A stretch of 64,000 nucleotides of DNA, taken from contig NW_027590144.1 of assembly GCF_964213995.1 (NCBI RefSeq), positions 868,001 through 932,000 on the forward strand, given 5' to 3'. Of the stretch, positions 1 to 12,660 are shown one piece after another. Below the pieces are notes generated by a model. It was not told the origin of the DNA. It did not search any database and saw only the letters and a list, made by a program, of their open reading frames with translations. This DNA is from Mustelus asterias (lineage: Eukaryota). Made by a program: the position numbers and the translations under genes. Numbering within the stretch: position 1 is the stretch's first letter; every line of letters begins with the position of its first letter.

Positions 1-1727
1 GATATTGAGTTTATGTCACACTATCTGTAACCCCCACGACTTGTCTGGGTTTGCAAAATCTCACTAACTGTCCTGGCTGGAGACAATACACATCTCTTTA
101 ACATGAGAACATAAGAACATAAGAAATAGGAGCAGGAGTAGGCCATCTAGCCCCTCGAGCCTGCCCCGCCATTCAATAAGATCATGGCTGATCTGAAGCG
201 GATCAGTTCCACTTACCCGCCTGATCCCTATAACCCCTAATTCCTTTACCGATCAGGAGTCCATCTATCCGTGATTCAAACGTATTCAACGAGGTAGCCT
301 CCACCACTTCACCATTCCAGAGATTCACCACCCTCTGAGAGAAGAAGTTCCTCCTCAACTCTGTCCTAAACTGACCCCCCTTTATTTTGAGGCTGTGCCC
401 TCTAGTTCCAGTTTCCTTTCTACGTGGAAAGAATCTCTCCATCTCTACCCTATCCAGCCCCTTCATTATCTTATAGGTCTCTATAAGATGCCCCCTCAGC
501 CTTCTAAATTCCAACGAATACAAACCCAATCTGGTCAGTCTCTCCTCATAATCAAAACCCCTCATCTCTGGTATCAACCTGGTGAACCTTCTCTGCACTC
601 CCTCCAAGGCCAATATATCCTTCCGCAAATAAAGGGACCAATACTACACACAGTATTCCAGCTGCGACCTCACCAATGCCCTGTACAGATGCAGCAAGTA
701 TCTCTGCTTTTATATTCTATCCCCCTTGCGATATAGGCCAACATCCCATTTGCCTTCTTGATCACCTGTTGCACCTGCAGACTGGGTTTTTGCGTCTCAT
801 GCACAAGGACCCCCAGGTCCCTCTGCACAGCAGCATGTTGTAATTTCTTTCCATTTAGATAATAATCCAATTTGCTGTTATTTCTTCCAAAATGAATAAC
901 CTCACATTTGTTAACGTTATACTCCATCTGCCAGATCCTCGCCCCCTCTCTCAGCCTGTCCTAATCTCTCTGCGGACCTTCTACGCCCTCCAGACGATTC
1001 ACTTTTGCACTTATCTTTGTGTCGTCTGCAAACTTTGTTACCCGACACTCAGTCCCCTCCTCCAGATCGTCTATATAAATGATAAATAGTTGAGGCTCCA
1101 GTACCGATCCCTGCGGCACGCCACTAGTTACCATCTGCCAAGCAGAAAAGCACCCATTTATTCCGACTCTCTGCTTCCTGTCGGATAGCCAATCCCCAAT
1201 CCACGCTAACACCCTACCCCCAACTCTGTGTGACCCAATCTTCTTCAGCAACCTTTTGTGAGGCACCTTATCAAATGCCTTTTGGAAATCCAAAAACACC
1301 GCATCCACTGGGCCCCCTCCATCAACCGCAATAGTCACATCTTCATAAACATTCAACAAGTTCGTCAAGCACGACTTTCCCCTCATGAATCCATGTTGCG
1401 TCTGCTTAATCGAACCATTCTTATCCAGATGGCCTGCTATTTCTTCTTTAATGATGGATTCCAGCATTTTCCCAACTACAGACGTTAAGCTAACTTTTCC
1501 TGTGCTTAACCCTCTCTCCACTCACATAGTCCGTACCTTTAAGATTTGATTATCTGCAAAGACTCGCATTCCAACCATTATTTTGTAAATTGAGTTTGTC
1601 TTTATATGCCCTGTTTGTGAACTGAAATCCCACTCACCTGATGAAGGTGCAGCGCTCCGAACGCTGGTGGCTTTTGCTACCAAATAAACCTGTTGGACTT
1701 TAACCTGGTGTTGTGATACTTCTTACC
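1..1727 (+). mobile_element. Penelope-like element 3' end/pseudo-LTR, split by a CR1 insertion (pieces 1-102 and 1499-1727)
   Basis: The two pieces rejoin as catctctttaac|ctgtgcttaaccctctctcc, matching the uninterrupted copy near 21250. It shares the terminal motif ccaaataaacctgttggactttaacctggtgttg with 21218-21522 and 42322-43389. Confidence 0.75.
103..1498 (-). mobile_element. CR1 LINE, 5'-truncated ORF2 (RT) fragment
   Basis: ORFs 961-1521, 670-927 and 203-628 contain [24 protein letters not shown] and FFSQRVVNLWN. A microsatellite 3' tail lies at ~105-125. Confidence 0.92.
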
Positions 1728-1734
1728 TTGCTTC

Positions 1735-2035
1735 ATTTAGCCATAGACTGCTTCAAGTGTCTCTGCATTTGCAAATGATGCTGAACATTGCACAATCATT
1801 GGAGAACATCCCTCCTACTGACCCTATGATGGACGGAAGGTCCCGAGGAACTCCTGTAGTGATGTCCTGGAACCTGAGTTGATTGACATCAAGCAACTGA
1901 AACTATATTTTTTTGCTCGGTCTGCCTCCATCCTGAGACGTATATTCCCCTGATTTCCACTGACTGCAGTTTTGCTCGGGTTCCTTGACGCCGCACTCCT
2001 TCAAGTCACATCTTTATGTCAAGGGCAGCCATGCA
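1735..2035 (-). mobile_element. Old CR1/L2-type RT fragment
   Basis: The minus strand reads MFSNDCAMFS (degenerate FADD box) downstream of a GVP remnant. Confidence 0.5.
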
Positions 2036-2524
2036 CATCTGTGGTTTAGACTTTGTGCAATAAATCTCATCATCACGTTATTTTGCAATTTGATCCCTTT
2101 GTAATGACTGTTGCCCACGATAAAAGGAAAATGGAAAAATGCCCACATTTTAAAACGGAGAAATGCAGAACTTGAGAAATTATAGACCAGTTAATTTGAA
2201 ACAGGAGCATCCGGAGGAAACCCATCCAGACATGGGGAGAAAGTGCAAACTCCACACAATCAAGTTATGTTCACAATAATTGAATAATTTATTTGAAATT
2301 AAAACGATATTCATTTCAAACTCGCATTGATTTCTTTGTACCAAGATGAGACATTTTCTTGAGCTGAACACAGTTTATTTAAGGATGCATTCGTTTCTAA
2401 GTTCATTGAGGTGCACTTAAACATACTCCCGAACTGATGGAATTTTGCATTCACTGAAATGACATTATATTACTCCAGTGGGAAAGATCTGTTATGTTGA
2501 ATTGATTCGCACTCATATTAGCAA

Positions 2525-3780
2525 ATCATAGAGAACAGAAGAGGCCCTTCGACACATCGAGTCCGCAGCGACACATTAGGGTCACCTAACCTCCCCCTTA
2601 ATCCCATTTGTCAGAATTTGGCCCATAGCCCTGAATGTTAAGATGTGCCAAGTGCTCATCCAGATGTTTTTTAATGGATGTGAGGCAATCTGCTTCTACT
2701 ACACTCCCATGCAGCAAATTCCAGGCCATCACCACCCACTGGGTAAAAATCTTTTTCCTCACGTTCCCTTAAACCTCCTGCTTCTCACCTTGAACCTCTG
2801 TCCCTCGTAACTGACCCTTCAACTAAGGGGAGCAGCTGCTCCCTATCCACTCTATCCATGTCCCATAATCCTGTACACTCGATCAGGTCGCCCCTGAGTC
2901 TTCTCTGCTCCAATGTAAACAAGTCAAGCCGACGCAACCTCTCTTCATAACTTAAATGCTCCATCCCAGGCAGCATCCTGGTGAATCTCCTCTGCACCCA
3001 CTCCAGTGCAGTCACATCCTTCCGATAATGTGGGGACCCAACTGTACACAACGCTCCAGCTGTGGCCTCACCAAGGTTCTATACAACTCCAACATGACTT
3101 CCCTGTTTTTGTCCTCTATGCCTCGACTGATAAAGGTAAGTGTCCCATATGCGTTTTTCACCACCCTACTAACATGCCCTTCTGCTTTCAGAGATTTGTG
3201 GACAAACGTTCTTGTGTCCTACCATTCATTGAAAGCTTTCTTGTCAAATTACTCCTTCCAAAAGTGTGTCATCTCACACTTTGCATGGTTAAAATTCATC
3301 TGTCACTTATCTTCCCATTTGACCATTCCATCTATATCTTCTTGTAGCACAAGGGTAACTAGCCCAAGGCCTCACTGCTAACCACCTGTCCAGTCTTTGT
3401 CTAATCCACAAATTTACTAATCGTACCCTCCACATCGGCATCAATGTCATTTATATAAGTGACGAACCATACGCACCCCAAGATAGATCCCTGTGATACG
3501 CCACTGGACATTGGCTTCCAATCACTACAGCAGCCTTCTGTCATCGCCCTCTGTCTCCGACAAATGAGTCAAATATGAATGCACTTGATTGAATCACCCC
3601 GTATCCCATGTGAATTTACGTTCATTACAAATCTCCCATGTGGGGTCTTGTCAAAGATTTTGCTGAAATCCATGTAAACTCCATCGGCTTCACTACCCTG
3701 TTCACCTGCTCAAAAAATTAATCAAATACTATCGGCATGACATTCTTCTGACGGAGCCATGCTGACTAACCCTGGTCAGC
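2525..3780 (-). mobile_element. Degenerate CR1 LINE 3' fragment
   Basis: ORF 2785-3051 reads SPHYRKDVTALEWVQRRFTRMLPG. Upstream RT remnants include gtaccacagggatct-like and gactttgacaag-like sequence. Confidence 0.85.
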
Positions 3781-3789
3781 TTCTTCAAG

Positions 3790-4070
3790 CGGCACGGTGG
3801 CACATTGGGTAGCAGTGCTGCCTCACGGTGCCAGGGACCCGGGTTAGTTTCCTGGCTTGGGTCACTGTCTGTGTGAAGTTTGCACGTTCCCCCCGTGTCT
3901 GCGTGGGTTTCCTCCGGGTGCTCCGATTTTAATCCCACAATCTGAAAGGCGTGTTGGTTAAGTGCATTGACCCGAAAAGGCGACAGAGTGTGGCGACTAG
4001 GGGAATTATCACTGTAACTTCACTGCAGTGTTAATATAAGCCTTACTCGTGACGAATAAATAAAGTTTTA
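3790..4070 (+). mobile_element. tRNA-derived V-SINE (HE1-like)
   Basis: tRNA-like head gcggcacggtggcaca...cagggacccgggtt, V-domain core gtttgcacgttc..gtgtctgcgtgggtttcctccgggtgctcc, and tail aataaataaa. Confidence 0.85.
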
Positions 4071-4954
4071 AAAAAACCTTTAACTTCAAGTGAAGATAAA
4101 TGCCCTCCTTCAGAAGCTGGAGGTTAATTTTCTTGATACCTGATTTATAGAGTATGAAAATAAAACACTGTTTAATGATTCGAAAATGTTTTTTGCTTTG
4201 TACTTCATGAAACAATTAGGTTTAATTAAACTCACAAGACACCTGGCCGTTGTTATAAAACCAATTTCAAATTATCATATATATATTAAATATATATTTA
4301 ATTAAGTCGAATCTAATTTTAACAATTTGAAATGAATCATACCTTCGACTGCTTGATTTATCCATAAACTTGTAAACTCTCGACGTTTCTAAATGCGCTG
4401 ATATATCATATTCTCAGTGATTATTTTCCATGTTGAATTTACGAAGGAACGTTTTGGGACTTTTCAAATCTGTCTGAAATCACACCACACTAACATGATG
4501 GGCAGTAACATTAGTTGGTCCCTGAATTAGGACTTCCTGGATTACTATATTGAAACTCCAATATGATCGGTAAAAGTACTATCTAACTTTAATAACATTG
4601 GTTTTTTTCATATTTTCTCTGGTGATTCGTACAATCTACGAAAATGCGTTTTAAATACATTTGTTGATGGATAGAATATACAAAAATGATAAACTTTATG
4701 AGAAAAAAGTGATTGAGGTAATCTGCAACACTGAAAAGTAATGATCAAATCGAGTTGAGTTTTTGTTCCAATTAATATTTAATGGAATTATGAATATGGT
4801 CCAGCTATTATCTGTTTTTCTACTGTAAATCTATTCTCTGTACAGGACAGTGATGTGAGACAACATTTTGTTATTAAACTCATAACTTAAGTTAACCTTT
4901 TAAAATTATATTCATTGTTTGAAGCCAAGCTTTTATTTGTCAGTCTCTAATCAG

Positions 4955-7323
4955 GAGGGTTCAGGAGGGTTTCCTGACACAGCATGTGGACAAGCCTACA
5001 AGAGGAGAGGCTGTACTTGATCAAATACTGACCAATGAACCTGGACAGGTGTCAGATCTCTCAGTGGGAGAGCATCTTAGGGATAGCGATCAGAACTCTA
5101 TCTCCTTTAGGCTTGCATTGGAAAAAGAGAGGATCAGGCAAGCTAGGAAAGTGCTTATATGCAGTAAGGGGAAATATGAGGACATTAGACAGCAAATTAG
5201 AGGAGTAAATTGGAAGGAGGTATTCTCGGGGAAATGTACTGAAGAGAGTTTTTCAAGGAATGTCTGTCTAGAGTTCTACAGGACAACGTTCCGAGCAGAC
5301 AGGGAGGAGTTGGTAGGTTAAAGGAACCGTGGTGCACGAAAGTTCTGCGGGACCTAGTCGAGAAGAAAAGGAAAGCGTACAAAAGGCTCAGAGAGCTTGG
5401 CGAAGATAGGGATTTAGAAGAGTATACGGCTTGTAGGAAGGGACTAAAGAAGAAAATTAGGAGAGCCAGAAGGGATCACGAGAAGGCCTGGCAGGTAGGA
5501 TTAAGGAGAACCCTAAGGCGTTCTATAAATATGCGAAGAGTAAAAGGATGAGACGTGACGGAATAGGGCCTATAAAAGGTGAAGGCGGGAAAGTCTGTAA
5601 AGAACCAGTAGAAATCGCAGAGGTGCTCAATGAGTATTTTGCCTCGGTTTTCACAGAGGAGAAGGACCTGGGTGGATGGAGTGCGGGCGTGCGGTGGACT
5701 GAAAGGATTGAGTATGTGAACTTTAAGAAAGAGGTTGTGCTGGAATCTTTGAATGGCATCAAGATAGATAAATCACCGGGTCCGGATGGTATGTACCCCA
5801 GGTTACTGTGGGAGGCGAGGGAAGTGATTGCAGAGCCTCTGGCGATGATCTTTGCGTCGTCGATGGAGACGGGAGAGGTGCCGGAGGATTGGAGGATTGC
5901 GGATGTGGTTCCTATTTTCAAGAAGGAGAATAGGGACAGCCCAGGTAATTACAAACCGGTGAGTCTAACCTCAGTGGTTGATAAACTGATGGAGAAGATC
6001 CTGAGGGACAGGATATATGAGCATTTAGAGAGGTTTAGTATGCTCAAGAATACTCAGCATGGCTTTGTCAAGGGCAGATCTTGCCTTACGAGCCTGGTGG
6101 AGTTCTTCGGAAATGTGACTAAACACATTGACGAAGGGAAGGCGGTAGATGTGGTTTATATGGATTTTAGCAAGGCGTTCGATAAGGTCCCTCATGCAAG
6201 GCTTCTAGAAAAAGTGAGAGGGCATGGGATCCAAGGGGCTGCTGCCTGGTGGATCCAGAACTGGCTTGCCCAAAGGAGGCAGAGAGTGGGTATAGATGGG
6301 TCTTTTTCTAAATGGATGTCGGTCACCAGTGGTGTGCCCCAGGGATCTGTTCTGGGACCCTTGCTGTTTGTCATTTTCATAAATGACCTGGATGAGGAAG
6401 CGGAGGGATGGGTTGGTAAGTTTGCCGACGACACGAAGGTTGGTGGGGTTGTGGATAGTCTGGAGGGATGTTAGAAGTTACAGAGGGACATAGATAGGAT
6501 GCAAGACTGGGTGGACAAGTGGCAGATGGACTTCAACCCAGATAAATGCGTCGTGGTCCATTTTGGTAGGTCAAATGAGATGAAGGAGTACAATATAAAG
6601 GGAAAGACTCTTAGTACTGTCGAGGATCAGAAGGACCTTGGGGTCCGGGTCCATAGGACTCTGAAATCGGCCCCGCAGGTGGAGGAGGTGGTTAAGAAGG
6701 CGTATGGTGTGCTGGCCTTTATCAATTGAGGGATTGAGTTCAGGAGCCCGGGATAAAGATGCAGCTATATAAGACCCTCGTCAGACCCCACTTGGAGTAC
6801 TGTGCTCAGTTCTGGTCGCCTCACTATCGGAAGGATGCGGAAAAGATTGAAAGGGTGCATAGGAGATTTACAAGGATGTTGCCTGGATTGAGTGGCATGC
6901 CTTATGAGGATAGGCTGAGGGAGCTCGGTCTTTTCTCCTTGGAAAGACGAAGGATGAGAGGAGACCTAATAGAGGTGTATGAGATGTTGAGAGGCATACA
7001 TCGGGTGGACTCTCAGAGGCTTTTTCCCAGGGTGGAAATGTCTGCTACGAGAGGACACAGGTTTAAGGTGCTGGGGGGTAGGTACAGGGGAGATGTTAGG
7101 ACTAAGTTTTTCACACAGAGGGTGGTGGGCGAGTGGAATCGGCTGCCGTCAGTGGTGGTGGAGGCGAACTCAATAGGTTCATTTAAGAGACTCATGGATG
7201 AATACATGGAGCGCAATAGGATGGAGGGTTATAGGTAGGTCGAGAAGGTAGGGATGTGTTCGGCACAACTTGTGGGCCGAAGGGCCTGTTTGTGCTGTAG
7301 TTTTTCTATGTTTCTATGTTTCT
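4955..7323 (+). mobile_element. CR1 LINE, 5'-truncated, disrupted ORF2, with 9-bp TSD
   Basis: ORFs 4986-5321, 5548-6474, 6499-6729 and 6759-7238 carry RT motifs. Tail is (tttctatg)n. tctaatcag occurs at both 4946-4954 and 7321-7329. Confidence 0.93.
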
Positions 7324-7412
7324 AATCAGATAAAATCTGAGCCGTCCTACAATTTAAATAAAATCGTCTGATTAATTCCTCGACTGCCAGTGATGTTCAA
7401 TACTCAGAAAAC

Positions 7413-7755
7413 TAGAATCATAGAAACCCTACAGTACAGAAAGAGGCCATTCGGTCCATCGAGTCTGCACCGACCACAATCCCACCCAGGCCCTACCCCC
7501 ATATCCCGACATATTTACCCACTAATCCCTCTAACCGACACATCTCAGGACACTAAGGGCAATTTTTAGCACAGCCAATCAACCTAACCCGCACATCTTT
7601 GGACTGTGGGAGGAAACCGGAGCACCCGGAGGAAACCCATGCAGACACGAGGAGAATGTGCAAACTCCACACAAACAGTGACCAAGCCAGGAATCGAACC
7701 CAGGTCCCTGGAGCTATGAAGCAGCAGTGCTAACCACTGTGCTACCGTGCCACCC
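7413..7755 (-). mobile_element. Full-length V-SINE (HE1-like) with CR1-derived tail
   Basis: The reverse strand has a tRNA head (gggtggcacggtagcacagtggttagc...ggttcgattcc), a V-core and a ttctatgattcta tail. Confidence 0.88.
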
Positions 7756-7763
7756 ATAAATAC

Positions 7764-7853
7764 GGGCTTGTCCGGGATTTGAACCCGGGACCTCTCGCAA
7801 GCTTGTACAGTTAAACACCCAAAGCGAGAATCATACCCCTCGACCAACAAGCC
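7764..7853 (-). tRNA. tRNA-Pro(TGG) with 18-nt intron (7800-7817)
   Basis: Reverse complement: GGCTTGTTGGTCGAGGGGTATGATTCTCGCTT-TGG-G[tgtttaactgtacaagct]TGCGAGAGGTCCCGGGTTCAAATCCCGGACAAGCCC. All stems pair, the A and B boxes are intact, and the intron sits at the canonical 37/38 position. Confidence 0.9.
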
Positions 7854-9207
7854 ACCAAACTGCCTCAAATTGGAGGAGTGGCAATTATGTCGCTGTCCAA
7901 ATAGCAAGGACAGTGAAGGAATAAAAATACCAAAAATGTATTAACTGCATACATCTGTTGCCAAACATGAGGGTTAAACTGTTGCTTTGATAAACGAAAA
8001 CTTCAAGTCATCTGTTTTCATCAGGGATGCAACCATTATTTCCAATCCACATGTCAAACTTAACACTGCTGAAGACTCAGGATCTTCTTATTGAAATAAT
8101 TTGAAGCATAATCCAAAAGAAAATCCAGTGGTGTTGATCGTATGCAGAGCGCTGCAGAATTGTGAAAGAATTATATTACCACGAAAGCATATTTAGTCAA
8201 AGTATATTGCAGCCACATAAGTGGCAGTTATTCAATTTATATTGTCCCTCTTAGCAACAACAGTCCTTTGGAGGATCACGCCAACATATCATAACATTTG
8301 ATGGATGGGTTGATGGTTAACAGGAAATACAGGCAGACTATAAGGCAGAGGATACATTTTGAAGAGTTAGTCATATTGCCCTCCATCTGGAGACTAATAT
8401 AGTTGAGTTCAGGGTACGATGGAGGATTCCCTTCACTGGTGAATCAGAGAGGTTCCCATGACAACTGTTAGTTCCAAATTCCATTCTAATTGCCTTCAAA
8501 GCCACCACCTACTCTGATGGGATTTGTTCCCATGTCGCCACAGCATTATCCCGGGCACCTCGATTACTGGTCAAGTTCCATTAATAATATGCCACTGTCT
8601 GCCCGATAAAATAAAGAGGTGATGGGGGTAATGTAACAAACAGTGACATTTGGATGCCATGACATTTTGTTTCCGGGATCAATGAATGAATTGATTGATA
8701 TATCCATAGATGGGCCCGAAAGACGTTGTTCTACATTCTCCCCTTTGTTCTCGTGTACTTCATTAATTGAACCAGGTCCTTTATTTCATCTGTGTCGACC
8801 ACCTTCATTCCTTACAGAGTTGTTGAGTGAATTCAATCCCCAGACTATCAGGAAACATCGACTGTCCGTCACCAGACGATATTCCCGCTCTTCTGCTGAT
8901 TCTTCCACTACTGATGGTGAGTCTTCACCTCAAGGACAGAAAGAGGGAACATGAAAAGTATGTCGACGGAGGGTTGTAATATTTGGAACATGTGATCCTT
9001 TCATGGACAACAAACCACTCAGCACATCTTCGCCCAAATTAGTGAAGCTAACAGATGAAAAACTTAACGATGTGGCAATGTAACTACTTGATAGCTGGCA
9101 TTGTTTAATTACTTTCCAAAGCGGAGTTATAATTAATAAAAAATAAAGATTCATTGTCGTTACAAATCACCATGCACTCCAGTTAGATATCAGCAGTTTC
9201 TGTGATT

Positions 9208-9320
9208 ATAGAATCCCTACAGTGCAGAGAGAGGCCATTCGGCCCATCAAGCCTGCACCGACAATAATCCCACCCAGGCCCTATCCCCGTAACCCCATGT
9301 ATTTACCGTCCTAATCACCT
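9208..9320 (-). mobile_element. SINE 3' tail fragment
   Basis: Matches the 7413-7530 part of the SINE (gaggccattcggcccatc...cccacccaggccct). Confidence 0.7.
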
Positions 9321-10358
9321 TGTGTACGTGTGAGAATGAGAGAGAGAGATTGCGTGTGGTGTGAATAGCTCCCTCTCTCCTTCAAATACACTGTCATCAG
9401 CAACTTCTCAAACAAGTCTTTGTCACATGCCCTTGTAAACTAACATCTCATCTACCATTCCTCCCTAAAGCCATTGAATGTTTTACCTTCCACATATTGT
9501 AAATTGTTTTACCTTTCTAATCGTGTATAGTAAAGTTTGTTTTTATTCAGATCTGTGGAATCTTATGCCTTTATTCACTTGCGAACCATCAGAAACAGTG
9601 CCTCATGCAATGTCCAAGGAGGGCCTGACCAGCACAATAGTAATGTGGTTCAGCGAAACATAAATTTGGAAAGAAATGACTGTAATAATCAAGAGGCCTA
9701 GGACTGTATAAAACATATCTGATAATTTCCATATGTTTTTCAGTCTGAACTTTGTTGACGCTCCCACGTGATGCGCGTTGGACAATTTTATGATGTTTAG
9801 CGTGCTGGGTAAATGCGTAAAAATGGTGTGAGAATGCAGGTTCTCTGGTGTGGATGACCTTTGGCTACTGCCAGCATCATTTATACTGTGTGGAAATAAC
9901 TTACCTTTTGTGAGGAACTATGTGTTGCAGGTGACTTTTACTTCAGTTATGGGAGTACATTCGACAGCATATGACTTACATTGCCATTCCGATTCTCTTC
10001 TGTTCCAATGTCACTGAGCCATGCTGGTTTTAGCCTCATGGCTATCATATTTCTTAAGCAATACCAAATAATGAATATTCCACATGATAAGCATGTCTTA
10101 CATTTGCGCAAGTATTAACTAATTAATTCTAAACTATGTTAGACTGCACGGATCGGCAGCTCCCTGTGGTCTCGAAGCATTCTAAACCCCTCCCTGAATG
10201 ATCATGGGAAGTTACTGCTCAATCAGTTTGTTCAACAAACTGTAAATAGTTGTAGAATTTAATTGCCTCCCTATAGAATTCCAATAGTATAAATGTGGAT
10301 TTATTGGACCTTGTCACAGAGAATCCCTGTGATCAACCGTCATTATTTCTCATACAGA

Positions 10359-12459
10359 ATGCATGGTCGAATAACTGGTGTAGTTTATGGCATTTACTAT
10401 CCAATTATTGCTGCCATTGGGGTTCCGGGTAAGTCATTCTACGAAATCATTAACTTGACGTGCCGCTGTTTTATGAAGTTAGTGCTGAACATGGCAATAA
10501 AGCACATGACATAATTGTTTCCAGGTATCTTCTAAAAACTTATTTGCTCAGTGGTGGCCTATCATTTCATTATTTAATTATGTTTTATTTAAACTCAAGT
10601 CTTACTCATTAAGTCTCTGACACATTCAATACTCTGTGGCTGTTCTTGCCAGCATGCGTTTATGAAAGCGAGGCTGCTCATTTCTTTGAAATCTATAGTT
10701 GCTGTGAGAATACATTTACAGCAATACAAACTTTGGGCATGATTCCACAATCACCGGACATGACATCCCAGTATATACCCTGTATGGCTGCTGAGAATTC
10801 TCTTTCAACGAGGTCGCCACTCACGCATCAAACTCCAGTCAATATATACCATTTTTCGCTTCTCATCATGGAGCAATTCATATCATTGCTCAGCAGAATG
10901 GAAACTGCTGTTTCCAAGCCAGCAGGATTTCTGATGCAAACCATCTGATGCTCCTTAAATTGCATTAACTTGATACATCCTACCTACTGAGAAGATTCCC
11001 GTGGAATTCTAACAAGCCAAACTGAATCCTTATCACATTATACAGTTTAACAATGCAACTGTAACTGATATATCAACCGTATTTACAGACTATTTCGTTT
11101 ATGGGATACATGATACAAAGGTTGAATGCCAAATGTCGTATACGATCTGGGCATCTTCAGCCTTTCAGTCCTTAAATTTGCAATTATTGTCCAGAATCAC
11201 ATTGCCTTTCTTCCTCACTCTGTTCCTCACATGCTTTCCTTAAGCGTATTTCGTCGTCCAGTTATTCAGCATTTAACATAATTAATATCTGCTCCTGTTG
11301 TTCGATGTCAAATTGTACTGCAGCACTTTCCTGTTAAGAGACTTGGGAAACCTTTTGCCTTCAAGGTGCAACATAACTGGAGGTTGCCCTTGTAGCTCTT
11401 TCTGAAACACAATTGACATTGAAAAATAATCAATAGCCGTCTCTTCTAACGAAGGTGAACTGGAAAATATGTCCAAATAGGTCTGTCACACCCAGTCCTT
11501 GTTTGGAATTTGTTGAATAACTTTACAACTTTAATTTTCTTTTTCCTCTCAGTTAACGTGGTGGCGATTGTGATTCTGTCCCGAGGAAGGTGTGGTCTCT
11601 CCAAATGCATTACTCGTTACCTGATTGCCATGGCAGTGACGGATCTCCTTGTTGTTGTCATCGCTGTAATATTCAATCGGATTATTGGCATTTATTTTCC
11701 AGTAAGTTTTATGTCGTTGACTCCAGCCTGTACTCTGAGTTCTGTGATAATCTAGGCAAACATGGAGTGTTCTGTTTGGCTCACCTTATTTTTCACCTTT
11801 GATCGTTATGTAGCCATTTGCTGCCAGAAAGTGCGTACAAACTATTGCACTGAAAAAACAGCGGATGTGGTGGTAGGAACGGTTTGTTTGTTGAACTGTT
11901 TGAAAAGCATTCATTCGAACTTTATATATGAGCCAGTCTATATAGTGGAAAATGTGCCTTGGTTTTGCAAGATAAAATCAAGCTACTACACTTCCTTCTC
12001 ATGGGCAGTTATGACTGGTTTGCACGTGTATTAAATCCTATTCTGCCTTTCCTTCTGATTTTGTTGTTTAATGCACTGACCGTGAGACACATCCTGGCGG
12101 CCAGTAGATCCCGCCGGAGACTCCGGACTCACAGCAGTGCAGAGAATCAGAATGATCCAGAAATGAAGAACAGGAAGAAGTCTATTGTTTTACTTTTCAC
12201 CATCACGGGAAGTTTTATTCTGTTGTGGACGACATACGTTGTGAATTTCCTCTGTGTGAAAATCATAAATGTATCTTATTTCGCAGGGTCCAATTTCAAC
12301 GACCCTAAATTCATTCACCAGGAAAGTGGAAACATGCTTCAGCTGCTGAGCTGTTGCACTAACATGTGCATTTATGCAGTGACGCAGAGGAAATTCAGAG
12401 AGAAGTTCTAAAATGCAGCAAAATATCTTGGCAATCTCATTGTAAAAATAGTAAAGTAG
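10359..12459 (+). pseudogene. Two-exon class A GPCR pseudogene, GPR139/GPR142-like (exon 1 10359-10428, exon 2 11553-12459)
   Basis: Exon 1 reads MHGRITGVVYGIYYPIIAAIGVP followed by gtaagt. A polypyrimidine-ag acceptor sits at 11552. Exon 2 reads VNVVAIVILSRGRCGLSKCITRYLIAMAVTDLL, TFDRYVAIC, LPFLLILLFNALTV, CTNMCIYAVTQRKFR. Lesions: TAG 11753-11755, frameshift ~12007, TAA 12409-12411. Confidence 0.88.
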
Positions 12460-12660
12460 AATTCCAAAAGGTTTGGTTTAAATTGCAAATGGAAATGTAT
12501 CTTGTCATCTCTGGCTTTTTCTCCTTGACATGTGGGGTTAAATCGTCTTCGGCAGCTCTGTAAAAAAGTGCCAGCATTTTCTCTTCTGTTCCACTGAGAT
12601 GCCATGTAAGAAAGTTAGTAATGTGGATGAACAGAATCACTGGACGGCCAATTATCTTTT

